Part shown: piece after piece, positions 60,415 through 64,000 of the stretch
Layout of the letters: every line of letters starts with the position of its first letter
How positions within the stretch are numbered: position 1 is the stretch's first letter
Source: Penicillus capitatus
Taxonomy: Eukaryota > Plantae > Chlorophyta
Length of the DNA stretch: 64,000 nt
Assembly: GCA_965649825.1 (NCBI GenBank)
Contig: OZ287694.1
Span: 1,673,197 to 1,737,196, forward strand
Direction: 5' to 3'
Translations under genes and position numbers: made by a program
The notes under the pieces: generated by a model
Told to the model about the DNA's origin: nothing
What the model saw: only the letters and a program-made list of their open reading frames with translations
The model's database searches: none

Positions 60415-62059
60415 GAAGAAACACAAACGCGTTCGGGTCGATGACTCCGACTGATGACGCAACATTCATATATTCACCATTATCCCAAGCGCATTTATTA
60501 TCATCGAGGCTTCCGAACGCATCTCCTGATGCAATTGAATAATGGTTTTACAGTGTGATAGGTCAGCCAAAACGATCCATCACACAATGTCCCCTCACTT
60601 CGTCGGTGGATGACACTTACTCTCATCTATCCCGGCTTTGGCCTTACAAACCCCGTAAGAATGACACACGCATCTCGATGTGTTCATGACAAAGCTAATA
60701 CGAACAGACGGACAGTCCACTGAATCGATTTTGCCTCTCGGCGACTTGGTACCTTCACCACGCATTGCTGCATTCCCTTCTCTAGCTTTCTGTTTTCGAT
60801 CACCGTGCGCGTTGCCTATGTCCAAATTCACAAAAATTCATTCTTAATAACCTAAAATTCAAATCTCTGTCTTCCCGTCAAACTTGTTACACGAGATGTC
60901 CCGCTATAGACCGTGAAGGAGCAAAAAAGTTCGCTTGATGAGATGAGGATTCACATGTAAACAGATGTCATTGGTTTGGCCTTCTCTTTCCAAAAAGAAG
61001 GCTCCCTGCACGACACAGATCCACTCTCAGAAGGCCTGTGCAAACGACCCTGTTAGCTTAGAGACAGGTATGTTAGAAATGCAGGTGTTTTCTGTGGCGT
61101 GCTCTGCTCGCATGATTTTAAACTTACTGATGCGAATGGTGAATTGGCCAGCTGTATCTTGCTCCAAGTGAAGGAACCGCGACTTGGCCCTTTTCGCCAC
61201 GTAAACCCTCGTGAGTCAACACTTCTGGAACACTTTGTGATATAAGTTTGCTACAGGAAACGACTGTGCACATCAGAAATGCCTTTACCCGCCATCAATC
61301 GAGTGCGGAACGCGTTTGCATTGCAGAGAGGCAATGCTAACAAGTAGCTAACACACTCTTTGAGTTGGACGTAAAGTGGACATCAAGGCGTCGCATCTTC
61401 TCCGGATACACAACACACATTCTATCACGTTGGTCGCATGACACACCCCACTGAGAGATTTCTTGCCGCGAGGATTAGCTGCACTAGTCTAAGGCAGGGC
61501 AGCGTCAATGGTAGGACGCATAGTGAAGGTGAAGGGAAATACGTGAGCATTGCATCATCGACATCTATCTGGGTTCTCGCTTGAAGCTCCTTTTGTGTAC
61601 TACTTAGCTTCGAAACACTAAAGCACGATCAAGGCTGAAACCTCGGAGAAAACAAACTGTCCGTTTTCAGTGCACCTACAAGCGAGACTTATAATTCCTG
61701 TCCGAAGACTGTAGTTGTGACTCGACAGGTGTATTTTGAACTGTTCGGAGTCTGCGGCCGGATTCGAAGGAAGCTCGCCAGGAGATTCATCTTGATTTCA
61801 TGATAAGAAAGGCATCAACGCCTGTCAATGGAAATGATATAACCCAAGCTGCATCTATATTTACATTAAAGACGATCACATGAACGCGAAATTCTGCCTT
61901 GTAAAACCTAACGTTTGCCGCCTTACAACAGATAGCGACCTGACGACGGCCTGCATTTTGAGAGTAGACCTTTACGCGAACCGTCGACGAGACGCGCGAG
62001 CTGCACATTCGACCTTTCCCGTCTGGAACCGCTTCACTACGGTGCCGTCGCCAGACAAG

Positions 62060-64000
62060 ATGTTTTCACACAGCGGAAGCGAAATTCGAGAAGGCAGCGA
62101 AGACATTACGCAGCCACTTCACGCGCACGAGGATGGCAGCGACGAGGATCTTGAGATGACGCATCTGGCAACAAGAGAACCGACAGCAGGTGACTAGCAA
62201 ACTGGCTGTCTCTTTCTTCTCACGTGGCATGGTGCTACTAAGCGGCCTGTGTTTGTCCAGAACACCATGATGGCTCCGTCTGCGACGAAGAGACACTTGT
62301 TTTTAAAGAGCCTTGGAAGTGGACGATCGAGAAAACGAGACGGTGAACAGTGTTTGGCTTCTTAACGAATCTGATGCTGTGTTCGATGGACAGAGCGATT
62401 TCCGACTACGGAACCAGGGTATTGAGAGCAGTCGACAACACTTATCAGCCAGTTCTCTGGCGTTTGATCAAGAAAGATAAACACGAACCGGCGGCGGAGC
62501 TTCTCCAGTTTGCAAAAGACAACCAAATCCTGGTGACATTCAGGAGTGGAAACGACGACCTTCTGTCGTGGGCGATCGAAAACAAACCCGTCGACAGTGT
62601 CAGATTCATTGTGGACAAACTGGTGGAGGGATGCACTTCGCTTGAAGAAACGTGCTACCTTCTCAACCTACACTTCCACAAGCTGGTGCGACAGTTTCCG
62701 GATCTTATGTGGGATTACTTGCACAAGGACAAGTTCACCTTCGAATACGCCAGATTCAGCATACCCAAGCTTCCCTATCGCATCAAGAGTGGATACCTGG
62801 CTGGATTGTTCACCGATTATCGATTGAAAGACTGGAACACAGCAAACCACGATGAAGCAAAAATGTTTTGGTCCCCCTCGTTCGAAGGTCGGAGAGGAAG
62901 GAGAAGCTACGGAATGCTTGCGGGCAGCACTTCTCTAGCTGACATGAGATCGATGGACACACAGATAGCGGCCGTTGCAAAGTTCTTCTGCATCAGCTAC
63001 GGCGGAAGCCAAACGGTGCCGGGGTAGACGCTTGAAGATCATCCTCTTATGTTATTACTCTTCTGTGTGCAGGTGGGATGGCGAAACCCTCGCAACTGTT
63101 CTCACGCGTTCCGACAGTCCGGTCAAGATTTACGAATCCGAGACAATCAGGGCGCTGACATTCTCCTGGCTTCAGACATATCTTCCTTTGCTTATGATAC
63201 TCCTTTTGTTAGATATGTTGGCCACCTCAACCTTTACAGGATTCGCTCTAGTCTTCGGACACGAAGACCAGCCCAATCGTGCGACTGCGATCATACTGTT
63301 GTCCACGACGCTCATATCACACGGCATTGGATTGTACTTTTGGACATCGGTTCTGAGGTAGAAGATCAGTAATGATGCACCGAATCGCAACGTATTGCGT
63401 GATTCGAGGGTCTGCACATTGCTGCTCACACTTGTGCTTCTGCCACAAGTCTGCCTTATTGATCATCAGAACACGATCACTGCTTTCCAGACATCTCTTT
63501 TATGCGTCCTCCATTGGATGATGGTACTCTCTCACGCATCCCTTCTGACAGCACTAACAGCTTGTTTGCGATCTGCAGATTTTTCGTTCTTTCCGAGCAT
63601 TCAGGCGGACAGGCCCGTTCCTTTCGATGGTCGGCTATGCTCTTAACGATTCTCTGCCTTTTCTGCTGATGGGATTGATTCTGATGCTTGGCTACTCGAC
63701 AGCATTCGTAGTGCTCTACGACGACAGATTCTTCAAAGATGAGGAATTGGGCTTCAATTCCATTCCACGAGCCCTGGAGACCCTCCTCCATGCCTCTGTC
63801 GGGAACTTTGACGAAGACGTGTGTTTGACCGCCGCCACCCTGCTATTGAGTTTCAGTCTAACTGACGTGTTTACCTGACAGATGCTTCGTTCATCGAGCG
63901 GGTTTCTCGCTGTCTGGAGATCGCTGCTGTTCAGTTCCTTCATCTATGTCGGCGGGATTGTACTCATGAGCTTGCTGGTCGCTGTATTGACGGATACGTA
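62060..64000 (+). CDS. TRP-type cation channel paralog TRP-8, truncated by the window edge
   Basis: MFSHSG start, KWTIEKTRR then intron, QPVLWRLI, LLSWAI, FNSIPRALETLLHASVGNFDED, intron, MLRSSSGF..MSLLVAVLTDT at the edge. Confidence 0.85.

Noticed and set aside
2-63943. Most short ORFs in the supplied track
   Set aside because: They are antisense or alternative-frame shadows of the TRP, MFS, serpin and kinase exons, or intron read-throughs.
1-64000. CRISPR array, rRNA, tRNA, prokaryotic operon or defence system
   Set aside because: No regularly spaced repeats or RNA-gene signatures were seen. Spliceosomal introns show the sequence is eukaryotic.

Overview
Eukaryotic nuclear DNA with about 50% GC, short introns (about 45-65 nt) and the standard genetic code. 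A green alga (Chlorophyta) is inferred from the homologues and intron style, not proven. The window is a birth-and-death gene cluster. Its main component is a family of divergent ankyrin-like/TRP-type cation channels: six apparently complete paralogs, a seventh running off the right edge, and at least three decayed fragments. Interleaved with these are two intracellular serpins, each tail-to-tail with a TRP gene in a duplicated cassette and carrying very different reactive-centre loops. There are also four intronless ACS-family MFS transporters (one frameshifted, with mosaic evolution) and a predicted pseudokinase with an extra C-terminal domain. Many passenger pseudogene fragments are present (CPSF73 3' half, a conserved plant-type K/E-rich protein, WD40-like genes, an unknown secreted-protein relic), plus a T-rich probable retroelement relic. 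No rRNA, tRNA or CRISPR array was recognised. All family assignments come from motif recognition by eye; no searches were run. Exon boundaries are hand-derived.
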